A stretch of DNA of 64,000 nt from Dehalococcoidia bacterium (GCA_965249275.1 CBDFLQ010000006.1:1-64000), one strand, 5' to 3'; counted from the first letter of the stretch, positions 9,322 through 19,828 are shown. The notes: a model not told the origin generated them from the letters alone. Numbers and translations are program-made.

Positions 9322-10290
9322 ATGAAAGCCATCCGAGTCGAAGAACAGGGCGGCCCGGAGGTCATGGTCTACCGGGACTTCGAACTGCCACCCCCCGCCC
9401 CCGGCCAAGTCCAGATCAAACAGGAAGCCATCGGCGTCAACTTCCGGGACATCTACCAGCGCAGCGGCGAGTACCCCATGAAGCTGCCCTACACCCCCGG
9501 CACCGAGGGCTCGGGCACGATAACAGCCCTTGGCGATGGGGTAACCGGCTTCAGCGTCGGGGACCGGGTGGGCTATTACGGGGCTCTTGGGGCCTACGCC
9601 GAGATAACCAACGTCCCCACCCGACGCGTCATCAGCCTCCCCGAGGACTGCTCCTTCGAACGCTCAGCCGCGGTCATGGGGCAAGGCACTACCGCTCACT
9701 ATCTCGTCCACAGCTGCTACCCGCTTAAGGAAGGCGAAACCTGTCTCGTCCATGCCGCCGCCGGGGGTCTCGGGCTTCTCATGGTCCAGATGGCCAAACG
9801 CCTTGGCGCGACCATCATAGGCACGGTCTCGACCAAGGCAAAGGCGGAGGCCGCAAAGGCCGCGGGGTGCGATGAAGTCATCATCTACACCGAGCAGGAC
9901 TTCGAAGTAGAGGTGAAACGCATAACCGGGGACGCCGGAGTACATGTCGTCTACGACAGTGTCGGCAAGACCACCTTCGATCAGAGCCTCCGGTGCCTAA
10001 GGCGAAGGGGTTACCTGGTCCTATGCGGTCAGTCCAGCGGCCCAGTACCCCCCTTCAACCCCCGAGTCCTGAACTCCCTCGGCTCCCTCTACCTGACCCG
10101 GCCCTCGGGCGTCGACTATTCATCGACCCGTGAAGAGCTCGAGTGGCGCTTGAACGACGTTCTATCGTGGGTCGCCTCCGGCGAACTTAACGTCACCATC
10201 GACTCCATAGCCCCCCTCCCCCAAGCCCCCGACACCCACATCCGTCTCGCCAGCCGGGCCACGATAGGCAAACTGCTACTCAAGCCTTAG
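9322..10290 (+). CDS. qor: NADPH:quinone oxidoreductase (MDR/zeta-crystallin family)
   Basis: AIGVNFRDIYQRSG, VHAAAGGLG, VVYDSVGKTTF, GSLYLTRP. Confidence 0.9.
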   Translation: MKAIRVEEQGGPEVMVYRDFELPPPAPGQVQIKQEAIGVNFRDIYQRSGEYPMKLPYTPGTEGSGTITALGDGVTGFSVGDRVGYYGALGAYAEITNVPTRRVISLPEDCSFERSAAVMGQGTTAHYLVHSCYPLKEGETCLVHAAAGGLGLLMVQMAKRLGATIIGTVSTKAKAEAAKAAGCDEVIIYTEQDFEVEVKRITGDAGVHVVYDSVGKTTFDQSLRCLRRRGYLVLCGQSSGPVPPFNPRVLNSLGSLYLTRPSGVDYSSTREELEWRLNDVLSWVASGELNVTIDSIAPLPQAPDTHIRLASRATIGKLLLKP

Positions 10291-10427
10291 TCCCCGCATC
10301 CCGAAGGCACAACTCTCGTGGTTGTCCGGTGGATGCGGGTTCCTCGCCGGTTGACAAACAACCCACCCTATACTACAAACTCAACCTACCGCTTACACCT
10401 GCGTCTAATATGGCCCACGGAGGTCCC

Positions 10428-11522
10428 ATGGCTGAACTGCTTCTGGTCGGCACGACCCATTACCCTCCCCTCATCTATCCCGACGAGGGCATGTATTCCC
10501 AGCTACGCAAGCATGTCGAGAGCGACCGCACGCCACCCGACATGAAGATCGAAGCCAACTGGCCGGAGGCAATGCAGCAGGAATATGGACCCAACGGGGC
10601 CAACGCCCAGGCCTCTGCTGCCGCCCACCGGGACCGCCTCGTCTCATCATTCCGGGCCCTCCGCAAGGAGATCGACGACTTTAACCCCGACTTCGTCCTG
10701 ATCTGGGGCGACGACCAGTACGAGAACTTTCGCGAAGACCTCGTGCCTCCCTTCTCCATCTATATCAGCGACCAATTTGAGACCCAGCCTTTTCATAGAA
10801 AATGGTTCACTCCCGATGGCACCCAGGTCTTCAACGTCTGGGATGAGTCCATCGACAAAACATTCACGCATCGCGGCCACCCTAACGCCGCCAAGTATCT
10901 GACTACCAAGCTGCTGGAGTATGGCTACCCGATGCCCTACTCCTACAAAAACCTGCACTTCAGCGGCCTGCCCCACGCCTTCATGAACACCCTCCTGTTC
11001 CTGGACTACGACCGCACGGGGTTCGACTACCCTGTTGTCCCCTTCCACGTCAATTGCTACGGCTCGAGCGTCGTGCGGAACAGGGGCGGCAGCTTCCTGA
11101 ACGCCGAGGAAGGCGCCGAACCCGACCCCCCTGCCCCTTCCCCCAAACTCTGTTTCGATGTCGGGGCGGCAACTGCCAAGGCGCTTTTGGAAAGCCCATA
11201 TCGGGCAGTTCTCATCGGCTCATCCAGCTGGTCTCACGCATTCCTTACACCCAAGAACCACCTCCTCTGGCCCGACAATGACGCCGATCTCGCCCGCTTC
11301 GAAGAGCTCCGGGACGGCAACCAGCACCTCTGGGCCAACCTCTCCCTCGACCAGATCGAGGAGTCGGGGCAGCAGGAGTTGCTGAACTGGGTTTGCCTGG
11401 CAGGCGCCCTGACTGAAACCGGATACCAACCCGAGATCGTCGACTTCATGCAGACCCATATATTCAACTCCTCCAAGTGCATGATGGTGGCCAGGGCCCC
11501 CGCCGCGACCCCGGCCGGCTAG
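10428..11522 (+). CDS. LigB-type (class III) extradiol ring-cleavage dioxygenase-like protein
   Basis: GTTHYP, WGDDQYENF, LPHAF, IGSSSWSHAF, QELLNW; GGAGG RBS before ATG 10428. Confidence 0.78.
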   Translation: MAELLLVGTTHYPPLIYPDEGMYSQLRKHVESDRTPPDMKIEANWPEAMQQEYGPNGANAQASAAAHRDRLVSSFRALRKEIDDFNPDFVLIWGDDQYENFREDLVPPFSIYISDQFETQPFHRKWFTPDGTQVFNVWDESIDKTFTHRGHPNAAKYLTTKLLEYGYPMPYSYKNLHFSGLPHAFMNTLLFLDYDRTGFDYPVVPFHVNCYGSSVVRNRGGSFLNAEEGAEPDPPAPSPKLCFDVGAATAKALLESPYRAVLIGSSSWSHAFLTPKNHLLWPDNDADLARFEELRDGNQHLWANLSLDQIEESGQQELLNWVCLAGALTETGYQPEIVDFMQTHIFNSSKCMMVARAPAATPAG

Positions 11523-11549
11523 CACAAGGACAATGGAAAGCAGGATGAC

Positions 11550-12842
11550 ATGGTAAGCACTGCTCCGAGAACCCAGGAAAACATTGGCATCGCGGAGGTG
11601 GCTCCCCAGAGAGGGGACGAAGTCTTCGGGGCGTCACAGGTCGGGCCCTTCGACTACGTTCCCAAGGTCGGCTTCCGGGAGTACTGGTACCCGGGCGTCT
11701 GGTCGAAAAAGGTCGGTAGTAAGCCGGTTAACCTCAAGATGCTTGGCGACGAGCTTGTCCTATTCCGGGGCAAGGACGGCAACGTTGTTGCCCTGAACGA
11801 GTGGTGTCCCCATCGCGGGGCCCGGCTCTCACGGGGCTTCTGCGAGTTCAAGGGCACGGTCACCTGCCCCTATCACGGCTACACTTTCGACGAGACCGGC
11901 AAGTGCGTGGCCGGCCTTATCGAGACTGAAGACTCCCCGATGGTCGGGAAGATGCGCTCTCGCAAATACCCCACCGCCGAGTGGCGAGGCATCGTCTTCA
12001 TCTGGATGGGCCAGACCGAGCCCGTGCCCCTGGAAGAAGACCTGCCCTGGGAGTTCAAGGATCCCACCCTCAATGATCGCCGCTACACCCGGGTCAAGGA
12101 CTGGGAGGTCAACTGGACCGAGCCCGTCAACCAGGGCGTCGACTACCACGAGTTTTATCTGCACCGGAACGTCAACTTTTGGCGCTTCGTCGACTGGCGG
12201 CTCCCCTTCTGGCGACCCAAGCCCGTCTACACCGGCGGCGTGAAGATCGTCGAAGAGGGGGACGACTTCGTAACCCTTCACCAGAAGAACGTAATCTTCG
12301 GAGAGGCGGAATATCCCGGCCTTGGCAAATGGCCGCGAAAGACCTGGTGGCGAAAATTGAAATCCCCCGATGCCCCTGTATCGGGCTCAATTCCCACTGC
12401 CAAGGGAGAGGATGCCTGGGCCACTTACAACCACAACGCCGAGCTTCCCAGCAAGGTCCGTGTCTGCGTCGGCACCTTCGTTCACATGCGATGGGGCATC
12501 CCCCTGGACGAGTACAACACCCGCATGTGGACCTTCACCCTCTGCAAAACCCCCAAGACCTTCCTCGGACGTTTCTGGCAGGACGTCTGGTACTACTTCT
12601 GGCGCAAGCCTGCGGCGGTAGTGGCCATCAACGAAAAAGAGGACCTGGTGGTCTTCAAGAAGGAACGCCTAAACCTCGAAGGCCCGCAGAAGCTCTCGGG
12701 GCTCGACGTTGGCGTGATCCGGTTCCGCAACCACCTCGCCCGACGCTCCCGTGACTTTCGACGCCTCGGCGGGGCCCACGGTTGCCTAAAACAACCCCCC
12801 GACCCCCAGCTCGCCTCCCGTCACAACGGCTCTTCCGGCTAA
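11550..12842 (+). CDS. Rieske non-heme iron oxygenase alpha subunit (CarAa/OxoO-like)
   Basis: CPHRG..CPYHG Rieske ligands; GFREYWYP N-terminus; NQGVDYHEFYLH mononuclear-iron motif. Confidence 0.88.
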   Translation: MVSTAPRTQENIGIAEVAPQRGDEVFGASQVGPFDYVPKVGFREYWYPGVWSKKVGSKPVNLKMLGDELVLFRGKDGNVVALNEWCPHRGARLSRGFCEFKGTVTCPYHGYTFDETGKCVAGLIETEDSPMVGKMRSRKYPTAEWRGIVFIWMGQTEPVPLEEDLPWEFKDPTLNDRRYTRVKDWEVNWTEPVNQGVDYHEFYLHRNVNFWRFVDWRLPFWRPKPVYTGGVKIVEEGDDFVTLHQKNVIFGEAEYPGLGKWPRKTWWRKLKSPDAPVSGSIPTAKGEDAWATYNHNAELPSKVRVCVGTFVHMRWGIPLDEYNTRMWTFTLCKTPKTFLGRFWQDVWYYFWRKPAAVVAINEKEDLVVFKKERLNLEGPQKLSGLDVGVIRFRNHLARRSRDFRRLGGAHGCLKQPPDPQLASRHNGSSG

Positions 12843-12874
12843 CTACTCCTTCACCCGAGATTGCAGGCCGTCCC

Positions 12875-14551
12875 ATGCACGCTATGACTACTCTTGATGA
12901 ATTCGAGGACTTCACTAGCCTTGAGATGAGGAGGAGGATCGTGGACTCGGTCTTCGAGTCCATTGATCTCCTATCCAAAGAAGCCCGTGACTCCATAAAG
13001 GACGCCGTTGGTCCCATAGATGGATTCAGGCCGGGCAAAGACGTGCCTAAGGGCATGCTCAGGGCCGAGTGCCATAAGCTTTCCAAGAAATTGAACTTCT
13101 TTTCCATGGTCATCATGCCAGTGTGGGCAGAGGCGAACCCGGACTTGCTAAAGCTGGTCTCCAATCACATGAATGGCTGCCCTCCTCCCAACGCCGACAA
13201 GAAGGCACTGGACGACTATTCCTCCGAGCAGGTTGAAACACTGGCCCGCCAGCATGATCAATATGACAGGGAGGACCTGCTGATCATGGTCCGATATTGC
13301 GCAGCGGATACGGACTCTTCTCTCTTCGGCGAATCCGCCCCGGCCGAGATGGGCTCGCCCTATGCCTCCGTCCCGGGCATCGGTATTACCCAATTCCTCT
13401 TATGGCTCGCCTATATCCCTGCCGACGCCGCCGAGTGGGACGTACTCGTGCCACGATTCGCTTCCGACCTCACGGACCTCATCTCCCGCAAGGCAGGGGA
13501 ACGTTCCGCCGTCGCAAAGCTCTCCACGGGCCTCACCGACTTGAAGACCCTCCACACCAATGCACTCAGCTTCTTTCAGGCCGACACCTCCAACTGGTCC
13601 CCCGCCAAAATCGCCTGGGTCGGCTCCCAGGATGCCCTTCAGCAACAGGCCGCTTCCCTCGGCCAAGCATTGGAGGAATATTCTCAGGCTGACCGCCGCG
13701 GCAACAACTTGACTGAAGAGCGCAACCTTCGCGAGCAGCGAGATCAACTGGAGAAGGCCATCGAGTCCCGCATCAAGCGCATCAACGAACTACTCCAGGA
13801 CGCCAATCCTCCCGAACAAGCCCATCGGCGCACTACTCTCCAGGAATTCCTGGATGATCTCAATGCCCTGGTCGAGGACGATGCCGATGTCCCCGATGCG
13901 GGTCCCGAGCGGCAAGCCGGATCCGACGCCCTCTCCAATGCCGGCGAGAAGGAGCGCGCCCTGGAAGAGCAGTTGGCAGGACTGGAGAACGAAAACCGAG
14001 GGCTGGAGGACGAGGTGCGCCGCCTTCAACGGCAGGTAACCTTGTGGCGCAGCAACTACGAGACCGAGCGGCGAAGCAAGGACGACTCCGAGCCCGACCC
14101 CATACCGACGGAGTTTACCAGCGTCGCCCACGTCCTGGAAATCGCTGAGCGCCGCTTCGCCGATAGACTTGTGTTCAAGTTCAACTCGGCATCGGAACCC
14201 GACTATCCCTACGACACTCCCGCCGACGTGTGGAACGCTCTCGAATGGCTTGCCACAGCGTATTACGATTCCCACACCGGAAAGATCAGTATCCCCAACC
14301 TAAGTGACTCCCTGCGCGACGTGTCCCGCTTCCGGTACACGCCCCACCAGTCGGGCACCACTATCGGCATGTACCCGGACTCCTACTACACCCGAATAAA
14401 CGGTCACAAGGTGCTTCTAAAGGAGCACATGGGAGCAGGGATAGACCGGAGCCCGACCAATTCCATCCGGATAGCCTTCAACTGGGACAAGCAGTCCGGC
14501 AAAGTGATCGTCGGGTACATCGGCCTCCACCAGCACAACCGCAAGACCTGA
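12875..14551 (+). CDS. Hypothetical coiled-coil protein with a possible RelE/BECR-like C-terminal domain
   Basis: Long ORF filling the gap; two heptad-rich segments; C-terminal EHMGAG..SIRIAFNWD..VIVGYIGLH; start 12875 or 12884. Confidence 0.7.
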   Translation: MHAMTTLDEFEDFTSLEMRRRIVDSVFESIDLLSKEARDSIKDAVGPIDGFRPGKDVPKGMLRAECHKLSKKLNFFSMVIMPVWAEANPDLLKLVSNHMNGCPPPNADKKALDDYSSEQVETLARQHDQYDREDLLIMVRYCAADTDSSLFGESAPAEMGSPYASVPGIGITQFLLWLAYIPADAAEWDVLVPRFASDLTDLISRKAGERSAVAKLSTGLTDLKTLHTNALSFFQADTSNWSPAKIAWVGSQDALQQQAASLGQALEEYSQADRRGNNLTEERNLREQRDQLEKAIESRIKRINELLQDANPPEQAHRRTTLQEFLDDLNALVEDDADVPDAGPERQAGSDALSNAGEKERALEEQLAGLENENRGLEDEVRRLQRQVTLWRSNYETERRSKDDSEPDPIPTEFTSVAHVLEIAERRFADRLVFKFNSASEPDYPYDTPADVWNALEWLATAYYDSHTGKISIPNLSDSLRDVSRFRYTPHQSGTTIGMYPDSYYTRINGHKVLLKEHMGAGIDRSPTNSIRIAFNWDKQSGKVIVGYIGLHQHNRKT

Positions 14552-14556
14552 CCTCT

Positions 14557-15717
14557 TTAGTTAAACCCGTACAGGTTGGCCGCGTTCTCGCAGACTATCT
14601 TCCTGAACACTTCCGGTTCCAGGTGCCCGAGTGTCTCTTCGATCACCTTGCGGGACTCGGGGAACACGCCGTCCGGGTGCGGGTAGTCGGAACCCCACAT
14701 GATGCTGTCCACCCCGATCCTGTTCACTTGGTCCATCGACACGTACTCGTACTGGAACGTGGAGAATCCCTGCCTTCGCCAGTATTCGCTAGGCTTAAGG
14801 TTCAGACCCAGGCGGAAGAATTTGTCCTCGTACTCCATATCCATCCTTTCGACCACGTAGGGGATCCATCCAATCCCGCACTCCCCAAGTACGAACCTGA
14901 ACCCCGGATACCGCTCGCACGCCCCCGACAGAATCACAGCCAACACAATCTCCGCGCCGGACAGCTGGAACGTCACGGTGCTCATCCCCTGGTGTATTGT
15001 TCCATATTCGGCTTCGTCCTCGGGGTCCGGGCCCCGGAGCTCGAGGCCCAGGGCATGGAACGACACCGGCATACCAAGCTCTTGCGAGGCTTCCCACAAA
15101 GGGTTCCAAGCCCCGTGGTACATCGGCTTAGTCATCTTCTTCACGTTGATCTCGGCTCCCCGCAGCCCCGACTCCGCCGCAAGACGCAGTTGACGCGCCG
15201 CATCCTGGGGATCGTGAACGCTTAGACACCCGAGAGCGGCAAGCCGCTGCGGGTTCGCCTTAACGAAATCGCCGACCCACGCGTTGTAGACGTCATAGAC
15301 CGTTGCCAGGACCGCCGGGTCCTGGAACCCGGGAATTGAGAACGCTCCCCCACCGATGGCGAGAATGCCATACATCACTTCCGCGTCGATGCCATCTATG
15401 TCCTGGTCCTTGACCCGAAGCTCAACGCTGGAAGGATGGTATATACCTTCGTCTATGCCAGAGAAGAAACCGACGTCGTCCATTTTGTCCAGCAGCTTGG
15501 ACTGGCCGCGCACGTATTTGCTGAAGTTGCCGGTCAAACCCCCACCCCCGACCCCCGCTACATCGGTGTCCTCCACCATCCATCGGGGCCCGGCATCCGT
15601 GTCCTTTACGCGGGGCATCCTGTCCTTCATGTCCGCCGGAGCACCCTCAACGAACATATCCCCCGGTAGCCACGTTATGTCGAGATGCGTGTCTGCGGAG
15701 ATGAATTCGTAGCTCAT
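14557..15717 (-). CDS. Amidohydrolase family protein (Amidohydro_2)
   Basis: ISADTH, PVSFH, LGECGIGW, MWGSDYPHPDG. Confidence 0.92.
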   Translation of the reverse strand: MSYEFISADTHLDITWLPGDMFVEGAPADMKDRMPRVKDTDAGPRWMVEDTDVAGVGGGGLTGNFSKYVRGQSKLLDKMDDVGFFSGIDEGIYHPSSVELRVKDQDIDGIDAEVMYGILAIGGGAFSIPGFQDPAVLATVYDVYNAWVGDFVKANPQRLAALGCLSVHDPQDAARQLRLAAESGLRGAEINVKKMTKPMYHGAWNPLWEASQELGMPVSFHALGLELRGPDPEDEAEYGTIHQGMSTVTFQLSGAEIVLAVILSGACERYPGFRFVLGECGIGWIPYVVERMDMEYEDKFFRLGLNLKPSEYWRRQGFSTFQYEYVSMDQVNRIGVDSIMWGSDYPHPDGVFPESRKVIEETLGHLEPEVFRKIVCENAANLYGFN

Positions 15718-15756
15718 TTTGCATTTCCCTTTCTCATTATGTAACGTGACCCCTAT

Positions 15757-16920
15757 TTATCCTCTCACAAAAAGCTCTGTTGGGAAATCGGTAATTACCT
15801 CGTGCCCCGACTCTGTGACCGCCACTGTTTCGCTGGTCCCGACACCGTACTCGCCGTGCTCCCTTAGCGCCGGAACCACGTGGAATACCATGTTGGGTCG
15901 AAGCTCCCGTTCGTCGTGGTGCTTCAAATCGATGATGTGTCCCTCGCCCCACGTTGGAGGATACCCGACCCCCAGCCCGTACCCCACCCGTTTCCTGAAG
16001 TGCGGCTCGAAACCCCGAGCGTCTATCACCTTCTGGCAAGCCTCCTGGACATCCCGAGACCGTGTCCCAGGCCTAATGGCCTCGATGGCTGCTTCCATAG
16101 CTTCCTTGCAGGCGTCGTGCATCCGCTGCAGCTCGGGGCTCGCTTCCCCAACCGCCGCCGTCCTGAACAAGGGTGAAGTGTACCGGTTGAAGGTTGCGCC
16201 TATCTCGATAGCCACGGGGTCGCCTCGCTCCAGAGTCCGCCGGTGATACGTGGTATGCGCTATCCCCGACTTAGGTCCGGCGGTCACAATCGGGCTGTTG
16301 CAGAAGAATTCGCCGCCGGTGTCGGTCATCGCACGGTACGACTCGGCGGCCACGTCGTTCTCCGTCTTTCCCACCTCTATAGCCTCTATCGCCGCCTTCA
16401 TCCCCGCCTCCGTACACCGCGCCGCCCTCCGGAAATAGGTCAACTCCAGCTCCGATTTGATCAGGCGCACCGACTCCACGATACCCGTCCCATCCACCAA
16501 GCGTCCGCCGACTAAACCATCCAGTTTGTTGTACGAGCCAACAGTTAAGAATGGGCTCGTCTGCTCCGCCCCGAGACTCGCGTTCGAAAGGCCGAGGTCG
16601 CTCAGTGTGCGGGCCACTGCGGCCTCGGGGTCCTCGTGGTCCTGGTAGGTTTCAATCGACTCGAACCAGGCTGTTGCCAAGGCGATGGGCCGCTCCAACA
16701 GGCGGAGGACCAGAACAGGCTCCCCGGTAAGAGGAACAACCAGGCATTGCCAGTTGTTGAAGCCCGCCGTGTTATATCCGGTGAGGTAGAAAAGGTTGGC
16801 CGGAGAGAACTGCAGCAATGCGTCCAGCCCCTTCTCCTCCATCCCGCGCCGCACCGCAGACAACCGTCTCTCGAACTCCTCTTTCGGAAAGGTCTGCCCG
16901 AATTGCTCTCCGTATTCCAA
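15757..16920 (-). CDS. M24 Xaa-Pro peptidase/creatinase-like protein (ectoine hydrolase DoeA-like)
   Basis: NLFYLTGY, RLIKSELE, AHTT, GYGLGVGYPPTWGE, GTSETVAVT; AGGAGG RBS before TTG 16920. Confidence 0.85.
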   Translation of the reverse strand: MEYGEQFGQTFPKEEFERRLSAVRRGMEEKGLDALLQFSPANLFYLTGYNTAGFNNWQCLVVPLTGEPVLVLRLLERPIALATAWFESIETYQDHEDPEAAVARTLSDLGLSNASLGAEQTSPFLTVGSYNKLDGLVGGRLVDGTGIVESVRLIKSELELTYFRRAARCTEAGMKAAIEAIEVGKTENDVAAESYRAMTDTGGEFFCNSPIVTAGPKSGIAHTTYHRRTLERGDPVAIEIGATFNRYTSPLFRTAAVGEASPELQRMHDACKEAMEAAIEAIRPGTRSRDVQEACQKVIDARGFEPHFRKRVGYGLGVGYPPTWGEGHIIDLKHHDERELRPNMVFHVVPALREHGEYGVGTSETVAVTESGHEVITDFPTELFVRG

Positions 16921-16953
16921 GCTTGCTCCTCCTTCTTGTCTAAGCCCCAACCC

Positions 16954-18345
16954 CTACACCGTTGGCATCACCCACCCACCGAATCGTTCCTCGACGTGCG
17001 CTAGCACTGCCAGGACCACGTCTTCCCTCCAGGGTCGAGCCACGATCTGCACATTGATAGGCAGTCCCTCAGGTGAAGTGCCCGCCCGGACCACCCCGCC
17101 CGGCCACCCGGTGAGATTGTACGCCGACGTATGGCTGTACTCCCGGTAAATGCCGCCCAGCTTCCATGTTCCGTGATGCGTAGCCGGGAACGCCGCAGTG
17201 GGACATACGATGATGTCGTAATTTTGCATGTAGGCCAGCATGTCTGATCGGTAAGCATCCAGCTCTTCCAGAAGCAGCATCAGTTCGGCGCTCGACACAG
17301 GTTCGACCGTCCCCTGCCTGCGCCCGATCTCCTCGCTGACCTTCGTCGTTCCCGCGGCATCCAGCATCCTCTGAATCCATGCGCCTCCGTCGGCGTATTC
17401 GATGCTCTCGTAGAGCCTGGTGGCCTGCTTCAGCGCTTCCGGCACCGACTCCTCGACCTCCACCCCTGCCTCCCCCAGCGCCGAGGCCACGGCCTGGACC
17501 ATGGCAGTCGTTTCCGCCGTCGGTTCGATGTTGCCGTTGTTGGAATGGAATGCCGCCCTTAGCCCCTTGATCGAGACCTCGGAGGGATTAAGCAATGGCA
17601 TGGGCACGAGCCCCGGGTCCCGGCCGTCGGGCCCAGCGATTACTCGCAGGACGAGGTCCAGGTCTTCAACGTACCGGGTCATCGGTCCGATGGTAGTCAA
17701 CGCGTCCAAAGCTCCCATCCCCCACGGCACGATATGTCCCGTCCTCGACACCCGCCCGGAGGTCGGTTTGATCCCCGCAATCCCACAGACGTGGGCCGGG
17801 GCCCGTATGCTTCCTCCCGTGTCGCTGCCCAGGTCAAAGGGCACTCCGCCGGATGAGACAATTGCCGCTGCTCCGCCGCTGCTGCCGTTCGGATTCCTGT
17901 CCAGGTCGTAGGGGTTGTTGGTGCGTCCGTAGATCAGGTTGTCCGTCTCACCGTGGAGGGTTAGTTCAGGCGTGTTGGTCTTGCCCAGAAGAATTGCACC
18001 CGCCCCCCGAAGCCGCTTCACTACCGTGGCATCTTCTTCGGGCACGAACTTCGCCCTGCCAAGGGTACCGCCCGTGCTTATGACACCCTCGGTGTCCAGG
18101 GAGTCTTTGATCGTCATCGGGACTCCGTGCAAGGGACCTAGGGAGTCGCCCTTGGCCCGTGACTCGTCCGCCGCCTTCGCCTCATCCATCGCCCGGTCGG
18201 TGCAGAACTGCACCACCGCATTGAGCTTCGGGTTCACTTCTTCGATCCGGCTCATGCAGCCTTCGACCAGCTCCACCGCAGAGACCTCTCCCTTGCTAAC
18301 CAGGCCCGCCAACGTCTTCGCAGACGAATAAATCACGTTCTCCAT
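16954..18345 (-). CDS. Amidase signature family enzyme
   Basis: GVPMTIKD, GKTNTPE, GSSGG, GSDTGGSIRAPA; GGAGG RBS. Confidence 0.93.
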   Translation of the reverse strand: MENVIYSSAKTLAGLVSKGEVSAVELVEGCMSRIEEVNPKLNAVVQFCTDRAMDEAKAADESRAKGDSLGPLHGVPMTIKDSLDTEGVISTGGTLGRAKFVPEEDATVVKRLRGAGAILLGKTNTPELTLHGETDNLIYGRTNNPYDLDRNPNGSSGGAAAIVSSGGVPFDLGSDTGGSIRAPAHVCGIAGIKPTSGRVSRTGHIVPWGMGALDALTTIGPMTRYVEDLDLVLRVIAGPDGRDPGLVPMPLLNPSEVSIKGLRAAFHSNNGNIEPTAETTAMVQAVASALGEAGVEVEESVPEALKQATRLYESIEYADGGAWIQRMLDAAGTTKVSEEIGRRQGTVEPVSSAELMLLLEELDAYRSDMLAYMQNYDIIVCPTAAFPATHHGTWKLGGIYREYSHTSAYNLTGWPGGVVRAGTSPEGLPINVQIVARPWREDVVLAVLAHVEERFGGWVMPTV

Positions 18346-18415
18346 ACCAGCCCTCCCTCCGAAGCTAACAACGTGCGACAAGAGTAATACTCTCCGCCCC
18401 ATTCTTCAATCACAC

Positions 18416-18443
18416 CGTCATTCCAGCCCCCGCGAGGAATCTG
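18416..18443 (+). repeat. Family 1 palindromic repeat
   Basis: CGTCATTCCAGCCCCCGCGAGGAATCT. Confidence 0.75.
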
Positions 18444-18599
18444 AGGCATTTCTCTCGCCAATCCACCCTTTCTGTACCCATAAACGAGTGTCCGATGTTC
18501 CTCCTCTTTCTCTCTATGTGGGGCTAGGTTAAGGGTGTTGTAGTATCTATTCTCCGCTTGCACAACCCCCCACCCATCCCATATCCTCCCACCCAACCT

Positions 18600-19826
18600 A
18601 TGAATTCGCCTACCCCACCCGAAAGACCCCTCCAAGGTATTGAAGTCCTCGACCTGAGCCTCGGACTCTCAGGCGGCTACTGCACCAAGATGCTCCGAGA
18701 CCTCGGCGCTGAGGTCATCAAGATCGAGCCCCCAGGCACGGGAGACGACACCCGGTCCCTGGGCCCCTTCCTCAACGACGACCCTAACCCCGAGACCTCG
18801 GCCCCCTTCCTTTATCTCAACCAGGGCAAGAAGAGCATCACCCTTGACATCGCCCGCCCCGAGGCCCGGCCCGTCATCAAACGCCTCGTCGCCGAGTCAG
18901 ACGTCGTCATTGAGTCTTTCAAGCCTGGCTATCTCTCGGGGCTTGGGCTGGACTACGAAAGCCTTTCGAAGATAAACCCGACGCTGATAATGGCCTCCAT
19001 CTCATACTTCGGTCAGGAGGGCCCGTACAACCAATATGAGGGCTCGGAGATCGTGGCCTATGCCTTTAGCGGCTACATGTACATCACAGGTGACTCCGAC
19101 CGCGAACCCCTCAAGGCCGGCGGCTATCAGTCCGAGTACCACGGCGGCATCTCCGCCGCCATGGCCGTTCTCGCCTCTCTAAACTACCGAGACCTCACCG
19201 GCGAGGGCCAGTACATCGACGTTTCGACCATCGAGGCCATAGCTTCCACATTCGAAGGCGTCTCTTACTATTCCATGTTCGAGCATGAGAACGTCCTCCC
19301 CCGACGGCAAGGCACCCGGCTCATCCACACCAGCCATCGCGCCCCCTACCCTTCCACCCTTCTCCCCTGCAAGGACGGTTGGGTCCACGTCCACTATTCT
19401 CCCTCCTTCCCAGAGGGCCTGGCCGTGCTAACCGGGAACCAACGCCTCGCCGAAAACGATCTGATGACTGCTCTGTCGGGTCACGCCGACGAAATCGACG
19501 AACTGGTCGTTGACTGGATGAAAGACCTGACCCGCGAAGAAGTCTACGAGCGCTCCCAGGAATTGCGCATACCCTTCACCAAGGTCCAGTCCATCCCTGA
19601 GGTCATGTCCGACCCCCAGAACGAGGCCCGTACATTCTTCCGCGAGGCAGACCATCCCGTCGCGGGAACCCTCAAATATCCCGGCACGCCCCTCGCGCCT
19701 TGGGCGGAGGATGAATCCCCTGGTCGTGCGCCTCTTCTCGGAGAACACACCACCGAAGTCCTCCGTGACACTCTCGCCTTATCTGACGCCGAGATTGCCC
19801 GCCTCCGGAAACAGGGGATTATCTAG
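18600..19826 (+). CDS. CaiB/BaiF family III CoA-transferase
   Basis: DLGAEVIKIEPP, LNQGKKSITLD, GEGQYIDVS, RAPLLGEHT. Confidence 0.92.
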   Translation: MNSPTPPERPLQGIEVLDLSLGLSGGYCTKMLRDLGAEVIKIEPPGTGDDTRSLGPFLNDDPNPETSAPFLYLNQGKKSITLDIARPEARPVIKRLVAESDVVIESFKPGYLSGLGLDYESLSKINPTLIMASISYFGQEGPYNQYEGSEIVAYAFSGYMYITGDSDREPLKAGGYQSEYHGGISAAMAVLASLNYRDLTGEGQYIDVSTIEAIASTFEGVSYYSMFEHENVLPRRQGTRLIHTSHRAPYPSTLLPCKDGWVHVHYSPSFPEGLAVLTGNQRLAENDLMTALSGHADEIDELVVDWMKDLTREEVYERSQELRIPFTKVQSIPEVMSDPQNEARTFFREADHPVAGTLKYPGTPLAPWAEDESPGRAPLLGEHTTEVLRDTLALSDAEIARLRKQGII

Positions 19827-19828
19827 CC

